A DNA stretch of 64,000 nt from an uncultured bacterium (GCA_963845185.1 CAWJRG010000009.1:640001-704000), one strand, 5' to 3'; shown: positions 27,683-36,944, numbered from the stretch's first letter. Program-made: numbers and translations. The notes: generated by a model from the letters alone, not told the origin.

Positions 27683-30315
27683 AATTACATTTTGACTCCA
27701 ACCAGCAGTATCAATTAGAGGCGATGAAAGCTATTACAGATATTTTCGAAGGCCAGCCGATGAACTCCAGCGATTTCGAGTTCTCGGCGGACGTGGGCGG
27801 GTCGCTGCTGTACAACGAATTCGGCGTGGCGAATAAGCTCGTCCTGGACGACAGGCAAATAAAGAAAAACCTCAGCGTGGTCCAAAAACGCAACGGGATA
27901 CGGGACATACCGGAATTCGCGGGCATGAACTTTTCCGTGGAAATGGAAACAGGCACGGGCAAAACATACGTTTATTTGCGCACGATATACGAGATGAACA
28001 AGCTTTACGGCTTCAAGAAATTCATAATCGTGGTGCCGGGCATAGCCATACGCGAAGGAGTATTGAAAAACCTCGAAATCACACACGAACATTTCCAGGA
28101 GCTGTACTCAAAGACGCCGTGCAAATACTTTGTATATGACTCCTCGAATGTCTCGAACCTGCGCAGTTTCGCGCTGAACAACTCAATCCAGATACTCGTC
28201 ATAAACATAGACTCGTTCGCGAAGGACGAAAACGTCATAAACAAAGTCAATGACAGGCTGACAGGCAAAAAGCCGGTAGAATTCATACGCGGGGTAAACC
28301 CGATAGTCATAGTTGACGAGCCGCAAAACATGGAGACCGAGATAAGGAAGCGCGCCATAGCGAACCTGAACCCGCTGTGTACGCTGCGGTACTCGGCTAC
28401 ACACACAAACCTTTACAACCCTGTTTACAGCCTGAACCCTGTGAAGGCGTATGACATGGGGCTGGTAAAGCAGATAGAAGTGGACTCGGTATATACCGAG
28501 AACGACTTTAACCGCGCCTATGTGGCGCTCAAATCGCTATCATCCACAAAAACACGCACAAGCGCGAAGCTGGAAATAGACATAGAAACAGAAAACGGGA
28601 CAAAGCGAAAGCTGGTGACTGTGAAAGTGGGCGATAACCTGCATGACCTGTCCGGGAAAAGGGAAATATACAGCGATAATTTCACTGTGGAGCGCATTGA
28701 CCTGAAAAAAGAAATTGTAGGGTTCGCAAACGGCATAGAGATAGCTAAAGGCGAGGCAAAGGGCGGGCTGACTGACGAGGTAATGAAAGTGCAGATAGAA
28801 AAGACAATACAGGAGCATTTGGAAAAAGAGAAAAGATACAGGGACAAGGGGCTCAAAGTCCTGTCCCTGTTTTTCATAGACAGGGTAGCGAACTACAGGA
28901 CGCCTGATGGGCAAAAAGGCAAAATAGCGCTGTGGTTCGAGGAATCATATAAAAAACTCATAAAGAAACCCGAATATAAAAGCCTGCTGCCGTATAAGGT
29001 GGAGCAGATGCATAACGGATATTTTGCGCAGGATAAAAAAGGTAACTTTAAAGATTCTTCGGAAGGCAGGGATACCCAGGACGATGATAAGGCATATCAG
29101 TTAATAATGCAAAAAAAAGAACAACTTCTTGATATAAACGAGCCCCTGCGTTTTATATTCAGCCACTCTGCCCTGCGCGAGGGATGGGACAACCCGAACG
29201 TGTTCCAGATATGCGCGCTCAGGGAAATATCCACACAAAGGCAAAGGCGGCAGACAATAGGCAGGGGCATGCGGCTCGCGGTGGACCAGCAGGGAATGAG
29301 GAACCAGGAAAGGGACATAAACAGGCTCACTGTCATAGCGGGCGAGAGTTTTGAGGAGTTTGCAGACGGCCTGCAAAAGGAAATTGAAAGCGAGTGCGGG
29401 GTAAAGTTCGAAAACAGGATAAAGGACAGAAATAAAAGAATATCAGTGAAGCTGAAGAAAAACTACGCGCTCGATAAAAATTTCATGGACATGTGGGACA
29501 AAATAAAACAAAAAACAACTTACAGGGTGGAGTTTGACACTGAAAAACTTGTTGAAGAGGGCGTAAAGACCATGAAGGAGATGCAGACAGTAAGTAGGCC
29601 TGAGGTTAGGTCTGAAAAAAATTATATGTTAATGGATAAAAAAGAAGGAATCCATGGCGATTTATTAGGTGAGGAAGTGCATCATATGGACACGAGCGCA
29701 ATGGATATCCCGGATATATACGCATTCATAGAGGATAAGACATGGATTACACGGAGCAGTATTTACAGGATTTTAAACGAGTCGGGAAGGTCGGCTGATA
29801 TACTGAAAAACCCGCAGCTTTTTCTCGACATGGCCGCTAAGCAGATAAAAGACGCGCTGAACAGGCTCATGGTGGACGGGATAAAGTACGAGAAAATAGG
29901 CGGGGCAGAGTATGCGATGATGTTGTTTAAGGATAGCGAAATAGAGTCCTATATAGATAACCTCTACAAAGTTAAAAATGAGGATAAGACAATAACCGAT
30001 TACGTGGAGGCCATATCCGGGCCCGAACTGCAATTCGCAAAGGACTGCGACAGCAGGGAGGATGTGGCGTTTTACATCAAACTGCCGCGCTGGTTCAGGA
30101 TACAGACGCCAATAGGCGACTATAACCCTGACTGGGCGCTGGTTTTCAAGGGCGAAAAAAAGCTGTACTTTGTGGCAGAGACAAAGTCAAGCCTTGACCC
30201 GAAAGAACGCAGGCAGGATGAGAACGACAAGATAAAATGCGGCGAGGCGCACTTCGCCGAGTTCCCGGACGTGAAGTATAAGGTAGTGAGGAACGTGGGG
30301 GAAGTGAAGGAATAA
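27679..30315 (+). CDS. res: Type III restriction endonuclease/helicase
   Basis: EMETGTGKTYVYL, IVDEPQ, LRYSATH, ALREGWDNPNVFQIC, YNPDWA...VAETK. Confidence 0.93.
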   Translation: MKLHFDSNQQYQLEAMKAITDIFEGQPMNSSDFEFSADVGGSLLYNEFGVANKLVLDDRQIKKNLSVVQKRNGIRDIPEFAGMNFSVEMETGTGKTYVYLRTIYEMNKLYGFKKFIIVVPGIAIREGVLKNLEITHEHFQELYSKTPCKYFVYDSSNVSNLRSFALNNSIQILVINIDSFAKDENVINKVNDRLTGKKPVEFIRGVNPIVIVDEPQNMETEIRKRAIANLNPLCTLRYSATHTNLYNPVYSLNPVKAYDMGLVKQIEVDSVYTENDFNRAYVALKSLSSTKTRTSAKLEIDIETENGTKRKLVTVKVGDNLHDLSGKREIYSDNFTVERIDLKKEIVGFANGIEIAKGEAKGGLTDEVMKVQIEKTIQEHLEKEKRYRDKGLKVLSLFFIDRVANYRTPDGQKGKIALWFEESYKKLIKKPEYKSLLPYKVEQMHNGYFAQDKKGNFKDSSEGRDTQDDDKAYQLIMQKKEQLLDINEPLRFIFSHSALREGWDNPNVFQICALREISTQRQRRQTIGRGMRLAVDQQGMRNQERDINRLTVIAGESFEEFADGLQKEIESECGVKFENRIKDRNKRISVKLKKNYALDKNFMDMWDKIKQKTTYRVEFDTEKLVEEGVKTMKEMQTVSRPEVRSEKNYMLMDKKEGIHGDLLGEEVHHMDTSAMDIPDIYAFIEDKTWITRSSIYRILNESGRSADILKNPQLFLDMAAKQIKDALNRLMVDGIKYEKIGGAEYAMMLFKDSEIESYIDNLYKVKNEDKTITDYVEAISGPELQFAKDCDSREDVAFYIKLPRWFRIQTPIGDYNPDWALVFKGEKKLYFVAETKSSLDPKERRQDENDKIKCGEAHFAEFPDVKYKVVRNVGEVKE

Positions 30316-30497
30316 TGAGGAGCAGGCCGCGCTCATGGGGGAAGGGATGGCGACTGGATAAGGCAATTATCAATTAAGAATTGTCAATTTTCAATAACAT
30401 GAATACCAAAGCAAATGCCGAATAGTCGGATTTATAATTAAAGCATAGATGTAAAAGTCTGCCGGCTTTTGTGCCGGTGAAAACGAAAGGGATAACA

Positions 30498-31283
30498 ATG
30501 TACAGGAAAATTTTTTGTTTTTTTGCAGTTGTTTTTTCAGTTTTACCGGCAGTGGCTTTTGCCGCAGGCTCTGACACGGCCCCGGACAGCGGGCAGGCAG
30601 TAACATCCGCGGTTCCTGCCGTGCAGGCGGCTCCTGTTCAGCAGTCCGCGCCTGTGTCTGACCAGTCATTTTACGCGGACAAGTTTTGCATTGCGTATAA
30701 CGGAGGACTGGATTTCAGGTGGTGGTTTGGAAAAAACTGGGGGCTTGAGATACCTATATCCGGCTCCACGACCGGCTCGCTTACCAAAGCCGACATCAGC
30801 GAGGGCGCACAGAATTCTTTCTACTGGAACGCTGTGACAGGGCTGAATTTTATTTTCCCTTTGCAGAACATATACGGGATTAACTTTAACTTTATCCCGG
30901 GTATTTACCTGAGCGGCAGCGAAAACCTTTACAGGAATGCTCCGAGTTACTGGAATTCCAACAATATATTTACTTATTATGAGCAGGATAGCTACAATTA
31001 CAGTTTTTCAGGAGGAATATCGCTGGGGCTGGAAGCGGAGGTTTTCCCGCATAATATATGCGACAAAATACCGCAGAACATCAGTTTCGGCAGCAAGTTT
31101 GCATTCAACTGCCTTTACAATTACGCTGAGTCGTGGAATCACTATCCGGGAATGAACCAGCAAATCCAGCAGTCGAACCCGTATTCGTCATTCACAGCTT
31201 TCCAGCGCAACGAAGGAATAATCACAAACTTCAGCATAGGCGGCAGTACCTGGAGCGCGCTGTATGTGAGATATTACTTCTGA
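30498..31283 (+). CDS. Secreted, probable outer-membrane beta-barrel protein
   Basis: Signal peptide ending AFA; aromatic-rich strands; C-terminal VRYYF. Confidence 0.7.
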   Translation: MYRKIFCFFAVVFSVLPAVAFAAGSDTAPDSGQAVTSAVPAVQAAPVQQSAPVSDQSFYADKFCIAYNGGLDFRWWFGKNWGLEIPISGSTTGSLTKADISEGAQNSFYWNAVTGLNFIFPLQNIYGINFNFIPGIYLSGSENLYRNAPSYWNSNNIFTYYEQDSYNYSFSGGISLGLEAEVFPHNICDKIPQNISFGSKFAFNCLYNYAESWNHYPGMNQQIQQSNPYSSFTAFQRNEGIITNFSIGGSTWSALYVRYYF

Positions 31284-31320
31284 TCAAGAGTTGCTTTAGC
31301 CGGCAGTCAACAGGCGGCTG

Positions 31321-31450
31321 GGAGGACTTCGGAGGGTCGGAAGGGCAGAAGAGCGGAAGGTTAGAGGATCGGAGGGGCAGAGGGTCGGAAGAGCAGAGGA
31401 ACGGAAGAGCGGAGGAACGGAAGAGCGGAGGAACGGAAGAGCGGAAGAAT
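31321..31450 (+). repeat. Degenerate purine-rich 8-mer tandem repeat (GGAAGAGC/GGAGGAAC)
   Basis: Visible 8-nt periodicity; similar tract at about 35509-35580. Confidence 0.75.
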
Positions 31451-31474
31451 GGCAAAGGCGTAAGGCAATTATCA

Positions 31475-31570
31475 ATACCTCTTGTCTTGCGCAAGCGCAA
31501 GACTTGAGCGGGTACTTTATAGCGTAATATTTTGTCTGCGCCTTCGGCTTGACAAAATAAACGCTATAAG
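31475..31570 (+). repeat. Two-hairpin dispersed element
   Basis: ATACCTCTTGTC-TTGCGCAAGCGCAA-GACTTGAGCGGGTAC; TATAGCGT-AA-TATTTTGTC..GACAAAATA-A-ACGCTATA. Confidence 0.88.
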
Positions 31571-31691
31571 TTTTCAATTTTCAATGAAAGAAGTAAAAGA
31601 ATTATCTATCCTCAGATTCAAGGCCATAATGCAACTTGATTTTATCATAACAGATGTTATAATTATGACGAGATTTGAAAGGGACGCTCAA

Positions 31692-31982
31692 ATGACTCAG
31701 TTACAGAAACAAACAGTAAAGAAACTGCTCTGGGACTATGATTTTACAGAAGAAGAATTCATGGATATCCTGAACGGGAAAACCGAACTGGGCAGCTTCA
31801 ACAGAAAATGGGCCGTGAGAAGGGCTGTTGAAGGGCTGAATTATTACGACCTTCTCGAGGTTGTAGGGCTCAAGACGCTTGCCGAGGTCTGGCCGGAGAT
31901 AAGGCAGACTTTCCGCATAAAAAACATTAAAGACGGAATTGATTATGTTTTACGAAAATACACTGTATCCGCTTCAAGATAA
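31692..31982 (+). CDS. Small protein upstream of an AbiEii-like gene (probable antitoxin partner)
   Basis: 'LLWDY' motif; overlaps the downstream nucleotidyltransferase gene. Confidence 0.6.
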   Translation: MTQLQKQTVKKLLWDYDFTEEEFMDILNGKTELGSFNRKWAVRRAVEGLNYYDLLEVVGLKTLAEVWPEIRQTFRIKNIKDGIDYVLRKYTVSASR

Positions 31983-32590
31983 ACTCCTCGGCACTATAGA
32001 CGGGCTGGGTCTGGCTTTTTACCTCACGGGCGGCACTGCGCTCGGCCGTTTCCATTTCAACCACAGGTACTCGGATGACCTTGATTTTTTCGTCAACAAC
32101 AACCCAAAATTTCAGGATGACGTCAATCTTATAATCCGGTCCATTGCGGGGCAGGGCCTGAAATACGCAGTTGAGAAAAAGGATGAAACTTTTTGCAGGC
32201 TTACTATTGAAAATATTCTCAAGGTGGATTTTGTGAATGCGTGCCTTCTTATTACGGCGAGGTTGAAATCAGGGCTGACGGGCCGTTTTCCCGCATTGAT
32301 AATCCCATGAATATATTGGCAAATAAAATTACCGCGTTCAGCGACAGGGAAGAGGCAAAGGACATATCCGATATCTGGATAATCGCAAAAAAATGCCTGT
32401 TAACTGGAAATCTGTTTTCACAGCGGCTGACAGCAAAGCTGCAGGGTTAAACGCCCCGCTGATAGCCAAGAAAATAGAGGAGTTTGACTTAAAGAGCCTG
32501 GCAAAAGTCAAATGGATAAAACAGCCGCCGGACGAAGAGTTTAAAAAAGATATTAAAAGGATTGCTGATGATATTTTGGGAATACGGTAA
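31945..32590 (+). pseudogene. AbiEii/AbiGii-family nucleotidyltransferase with two frameshifts (about 32240, 32392)
   Basis: YLTGGTAL..F...HRYSDDLDFF; KVDFVN-(D)VP; ILANKITA..R.EAKD..D in successive frames. Confidence 0.8.
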
Positions 32591-32648
32591 GATACTGATT
32601 AAAAAAAGAGATTTGATCCCTTTCCGCGAAGATCCCCGCTAATATATC

Positions 32649-33575
32649 ATGATGGTAAACTACAGTACAACTTCCATGAAAAAAGAGATGAGAGCATCGA
32701 CAAAAATAGTGCTTATAACCGGCATAATATACTTCATTGTTTTCCTTTTTGTGCCATTGTGCCCGTTTATATCGGCGGCGGCAGGCAATTTATCCGCGCG
32801 GATAATCCCGTTTTTTGCGGACAAATTGCCGCATAAAGCAGGGGCTGCGAGTATGCAGGAACTCGCCCAGGCGTCAGCCGATGCCGAGGTAAAAAAATGG
32901 GACACTCTGTTTGACCAGATACTAAAGGGGGACTACACCGGCAACACCGGCCCTGCGCCATTGGCCGGCAGTCAGGCAAAAGCCGCAGGGGAAACCGGCC
33001 TGTTGCAGGCTGTCACGCAGGGAAGGCTCCTGGCAGTATTTCCGATGGGGCTTGAATGCGACATTGGCAAGAAAGAATGCGGCATAATATTCGGCGCGGA
33101 TTATGAAAGGGCCTCGATGAAAATGACGGCGTTCGTTTCCTTCATGGGCATAAAGCCGGTGTTCACAGGGCTCAGGAGCGAGCCTGTATACGGCAAAATA
33201 GGGGACCTTGTCAAAATCCAGTTCGTGGGCATGCCTGTGTGGCACTATGCCTGCCTTTTTTTTAGCCTTGTCCTGATTTATTTCACGTTTTCCACGCTCA
33301 TGCTCTGCACGCAGAGCGGTGTGAAGCTGAAAATTTTCTGGCTCATATTCATCGCGTTCGGGGTATTTTCGCTGGCTACAGTCTGGGACAGGGCGGCGCC
33401 TGAAGTACTGTTTAGTTTTAAGCGCATTATTTTTTCATCCGCATCCTGGGTAAAATACCCTTTATACTCGCCGGCTGTGCTGACAATATCCCTGCCGCTC
33501 GGCGCGATAGTTTTCAGGGTGTTTTTGATGCTCAGGAGCCGGAAATCCAGGGACGGGTGGACAGAAAATGGGTAA
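32649..33575 (+). CDS. Hypothetical membrane protein
   Basis: N-terminal and three C-terminal hydrophobic segments; start uncertain. Confidence 0.65.
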   Translation: MMVNYSTTSMKKEMRASTKIVLITGIIYFIVFLFVPLCPFISAAAGNLSARIIPFFADKLPHKAGAASMQELAQASADAEVKKWDTLFDQILKGDYTGNTGPAPLAGSQAKAAGETGLLQAVTQGRLLAVFPMGLECDIGKKECGIIFGADYERASMKMTAFVSFMGIKPVFTGLRSEPVYGKIGDLVKIQFVGMPVWHYACLFFSLVLIYFTFSTLMLCTQSGVKLKIFWLIFIAFGVFSLATVWDRAAPEVLFSFKRIIFSSASWVKYPLYSPAVLTISLPLGAIVFRVFLMLRSRKSRDGWTENG

Positions 33576-33606
33576 GGGAGAAGTGGGAGGAAATGATGGG
33601 AAGAAG

Positions 33607-34312
33607 AACAAGTCTCTGGTTTCTGGTTTCAAGTTTCTGGGTAAAGACCAAGACCATTCAACAGTCCTTCGGCAGGCTCAGGGTAAAGCAGGGGGAAGGC
33701 GACAGCAAAGCTTAAAACAACCCTCATCCGCAGCCTAGGGCTGAACCAGCCCTATGTCAGCCGGGCTATTAGGCTCCTGGCAGTGCTAAACCTAGGGACA
33801 AAACAGGTAATTTACGGCCAAGCCGTATTATCCACATTTTTGGGAGGGCGGTATGGGAGGCAATTTACCGGATTCCGGTAAAATCAGGAATTGGCAGGGA
33901 TTTAGGGGTCTACCAGGCAGGCAATTTATGGGAATCCCATATTATCCACAATCCTGAGATAAAATTTCCAGGTATGAAGGGGTAGCGATATGTCGAAATT
34001 TCAACCATAATTCAAGAAAATACATGTAATTATTGGTTGAAATCGGCGTGGAAGGCAATTTACTAACAGTTAGTAAAAATGCCGGATTGGCAGGACTTCG
34101 GGGAGGCAATTCTTGGCAATGCCAATTTATCCACAGGAGCCGTTCGAAAAATGTGTAAATTTATACGCTGCGTATAAAATTTATGGCCTATGTGGCCTAT
34201 AAAGGAGGCAGTTCAGTGCAATGCACGGAAATCAGGCACCGGGAGGGGCCTGTCAGGAGGAATGGGAAGGAAAAAACAAGTCTCTGGTTTCTGGTTTCAA
34301 GTTTCTGGGTAA
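33607..34312. repeat. Non-coding block bracketed by a perfect 38-bp direct repeat and containing seven variable 6-3-6 palindromes
   Basis: AACAAGTCTCTGGTTTCTGGTTTCAAGTTTCTGGGTAA at 33607-33644 and 34275-34312; palindromes at 33813, 33866, 33927, 34061, 34112, 34162, 34214. Confidence 0.85.
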
Positions 34313-34337
34313 TGAGGGTACGCCCAAAAAAAATTAT

Positions 34338-34366
34338 TTGACAAGCAAACAAGATTATGTTAACAT
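34338..34366 (+). promoter_or_regulatory. Sigma70-type promoter of the HTH/Doc operon
   Basis: TTGACA-17 nt-TAACAT with TG extension. Confidence 0.65.
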
Positions 34367-34423
34367 TGTAATTAGGATTAACGATTGTTAACTAAGAACG
34401 CAAAGTTAACAAAACTTATAAAT

Positions 34424-34625
34424 TACCGCTTGCCAACGGCCTAACGGCCTTAGGCTTGAGCGGGTACATGGTCTCGTAATGTTTTACCGGCACCTTCGGC
34501 TTGGCAAAACAAACGCATAATATCAAGCACCGCTTGCCGGGATAAAACCCCGGCTGGAGCGGGTACATGCTTTCGTAATACTTTTCCTGCGCCTGTTGAC
34601 GGTTTGGAAAAGTAAACGAAAGCAA
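34424..34625 (+). repeat. Two tandem copies of the two-hairpin element (34424-34520, 34528-34625)
   Basis: ACCGCTTGCC..GGCT(T/G)GAGCGGGTAC twice; second copy ends at the RBS GGGAGG. Confidence 0.85.
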
Positions 34626-34637
34626 GGGAGGCAATTT

Positions 34638-34898
34638 ATGAAAGACAAAAAAGATTTTTATTCTATCGCAGAGTTCGGAAAAATACTGGGAATCAGCAGG
34701 ATAGCTGTTTATAAAAAGATAAAAAAAGGCGATATCAAGGCAATCCAGATAGGCAAATCATACGCCATTCCTGCCGATATGCTTGAAAGTATTGAAGGAA
34801 ACGAATTGAATGAGAGCGAAAAGGAACAGCTCGGGAAAGCCGTTAAAAAAGTTTTTGAAAATTACGGAGAAACAATCAAAAAGCTCGGGAAAGAATAA
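34638..34898 (+). CDS. Excisionase-like HTH protein, probable antitoxin
   Basis: YSIAEFGKILGISRIAVYKKIKKGDIKA; C-terminal YGETIKKL; abuts the Doc gene. Confidence 0.75.
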   Translation: MKDKKDFYSIAEFGKILGISRIAVYKKIKKGDIKAIQIGKSYAIPADMLESIEGNELNESEKEQLGKAVKKVFENYGETIKKLGKE

Positions 34899-35327
34899 AT
34901 GAAGGCAATAAAGAAAATTACAATAAGGGATATTGAATATATTTCACATAAAATGGCATCCGAAATGATGGACTATAACGAGCCTATACCTAATTTTTCC
35001 ACGAGGTTCCCGAATATACTTGAAAGCTGTCTTGCCACGCCTTTCATGAGTTTTGGCACCAGGGACCTTTATAAAACCCTTGTTGATAAGGCAGCTGTTT
35101 TGTTTTACCTTATGATAAAAAACCATCCTTTCCAGAACGGCAACAAAAGGGTGGCAATAACAACCCTGATTGTTTTTCTCACGAAGAATGAAAAATGGCT
35201 GGATGCCAAAAACGATGACCTGTATGAGTTTACCGTATGGATTGCGTCCAGCCCGGCAAGGTCCAAGGATGAGGCTATAAAAGCAATAGAGGAATTTATT
35301 TCATCGGGGATGGTTGATTATAAATAA
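34899..35327 (+). CDS. doc: Doc (death-on-curing) family toxin
   Basis: LY....DKAA.L...IKNHPFQNGNKRVA. Confidence 0.88.
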   Translation: MKAIKKITIRDIEYISHKMASEMMDYNEPIPNFSTRFPNILESCLATPFMSFGTRDLYKTLVDKAAVLFYLMIKNHPFQNGNKRVAITTLIVFLTKNEKWLDAKNDDLYEFTVWIASSPARSKDEAIKAIEEFISSGMVDYK

Positions 35328-35360
35328 TTGCCGGGTTTCAATAAAAAATAATAATTAAAC

Positions 35361-35388
35361 GTAGAGACGTTTTGCAAAACGTCTCTAC
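35361..35388. repeat. GTAG-family REP palindrome
   Basis: Perfect 28-bp palindrome GTAGAGACGTTTTGCAAAACGTCTCTAC. Confidence 0.8.
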
Positions 35389-35649
35389 AGATAAAAACAA
35401 TATCATATCAATACCGCTTGTCCTCGGCAGATTCAGGACAATGCTCGGGGTAAAGCAGAATAGGGAGTGATATGGGGGAAGTGGCCCTTCGACAAGCTCA
35501 GGGGAAGAGGATTGGAGGGTTGGAAGGTCGGAAGCTCGGAAGGTCGGAGGAGCAGAGGCTCAGAAGTTCAGAAGTTCAATTTTCAATTTAAAACCTTTAA
35601 TCCATATAAAAAATTACGGCTTAAAGTATTATTTGGTATTATTTAGTAC

Positions 35650-35678
35650 TTGACTTACTTAATAAGCAATGATATACT
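35650..35678 (+). promoter_or_regulatory. Sigma70-type promoter of the RelE-type TA operon
   Basis: TTGACT-17 nt-TATACT with TG extension. Confidence 0.7.
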
Positions 35679-35711
35679 TAAAAAAAGATGGGAATCGGGA
35701 ATAGAGAATAG

Positions 35712-35936
35712 GCGGGTTTACAAAATAAACGTTATACAAACACCTCTTGTCCGCGGCAGTAGCCTCGGACTTGAGCGGGTGTAAGCAAGAGTAATATTTT
35801 GCTGCACCCTGCGGGTTTACAAAATAAACGTTATACAAACACCTCTTGTCCGCGGCAGTAGCCTCGGACTTGAGCGGGTGTAAGCAAGAGTAATATTTTG
35901 CTGCACCCTGCGGGTTTACAAAATAAACTCTTGCTT
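35712..35936 (+). repeat. Exact 99-bp tandem duplication giving two copies of the two-hairpin element
   Basis: 35712-35810 equals 35811-35909; final stem AAGCAAGAGT/ACTCTTGCTT abuts AGGAGG. Confidence 0.9.
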
Positions 35937-35948
35937 AGGAGGACTATC

Positions 35949-36203
35949 ATGGCAGGAAAAAATATTACTTTCACACTAAAACTCGACAAGGATATAAGGA
36001 GCCTTTTGAAGGATTTTTGCGAATCAAGGGGGCTTCTTATGAACAGTTTTGTGGAGCGGGCCATAATCGATGAAATCGAAAAGGAAGAGTTAAAAGAAGA
36101 CCTGGCCGCAATACAGCATTACGAGAAATTTGAGCGGGATTCCACGATACCGCTCGATAAGGTTGCTGAAGAGCTGAATTTTTATGCCAAAAAGAAGAAA
36201 TAA
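35949..36203 (+). CDS. Probable RHH-type antitoxin
   Basis: ITFTLKLD beta-strand, acidic C-terminus, directly upstream of RelE. Confidence 0.75.
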   Translation: MAGKNITFTLKLDKDIRSLLKDFCESRGLLMNSFVERAIIDEIEKEELKEDLAAIQHYEKFERDSTIPLDKVAEELNFYAKKKK

Positions 36204-36205
36204 CC

Positions 36206-36478
36206 GTGTATAAGCTGGAACTATCAGCCACTGCTTACAGGATATTAAAGTCAAAAAAACTCATTCCGAAAGACAACGCTGCAATAAAAGACAGGATTTT
36301 AAGCCTGCAGAACGACCCGCGATCACCCGGCTGCGAGAAACTGAAGGGTTTTGACAAAAACTATTACAGGGTCAGGCAGGGCAATTACAGGATTGTTTAT
36401 GAGATAAAAGACACAGAGAAAATAGTGGCAATAGTTTTCATAGGGCACAGGCGGGATGTGTACGGAAAAATCGGGTAA
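36206..36478 (+). CDS. RelE/ParE-family toxin
   Basis: PR..GCEKLKG...YRVRQGNYRIVYEI....IGHRRDVY. Confidence 0.92.
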   Translation: MYKLELSATAYRILKSKKLIPKDNAAIKDRILSLQNDPRSPGCEKLKGFDKNYYRVRQGNYRIVYEIKDTEKIVAIVFIGHRRDVYGKIG

Positions 36479-36578
36479 GTAAATAGTAAAGCTCAAAAGT
36501 TCAAGGTTCAAAGTTCAAGGCGGTAACAGTTGAACAGTAGAACAGGTGAGATAAGAAAGGTTCAATTCTCAATTGTCA

Positions 36579-36678
36579 ATACCTCTTGTCTTTTGCAGGC
36601 TCAAGACTTGAGCGGGTACTTGATAGCGTAATGTTTTGCCTTTGCCTGTTGACGGCTCGGCAAAACAAACGCTATAAG
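36579..36678 (+). repeat. Two-hairpin dispersed element
   Basis: ATACCTCTTGTC..GACTTGAGCGGGTAC; ATAGCGT-AA-TGTTTTGCC..GGCAAAACA-A-ACGCTAT. Confidence 0.88.
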
Positions 36679-36845
36679 TTTTCAATGAATTTGATTCAGT
36701 AATTTGGGATTTTGGATTTGGGATTGAAAAATACATGAGACATGCGCAGGGGCCTGTCTCTGCGAAAGACAAACGATATAAGTTTTCAATTGACGTGAAA
36801 CTTATTTTGATTGATAATCAATAATCAGGAACCGGAAATAAATTG

Positions 36846-36944
36846 ATACCGCTTGTCGGGATAAAACCCTGACTTGAGCGGGTACATGATTTCGTAATAC
36901 TTTGCCGGCGCCTATTGACGGCTTGGCAAAGTAAACTAAATCAA
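36846..36944 (+). repeat. Two-hairpin dispersed element directly before an RBS
   Basis: ATACCGCTTGTC..GACTTGAGCGGGTAC; TGATTTCGT-AA-TACTTTGCC..GGCAAAGTA-A-ACTAAATCA-AGGAGG. Confidence 0.88.

Noticed and set aside
33806..34236. CRISPR array
   Set aside because: Constant parts are only 7-9 bp, spacing is irregular, the variable part is the palindrome, and there are no cas genes.
33576..34423. Chromosomal oriC
   Set aside because: Only three boxes, embedded in another repeat, with no dnaA/dnaN/gidA context. Kept only as a low-weight finding.
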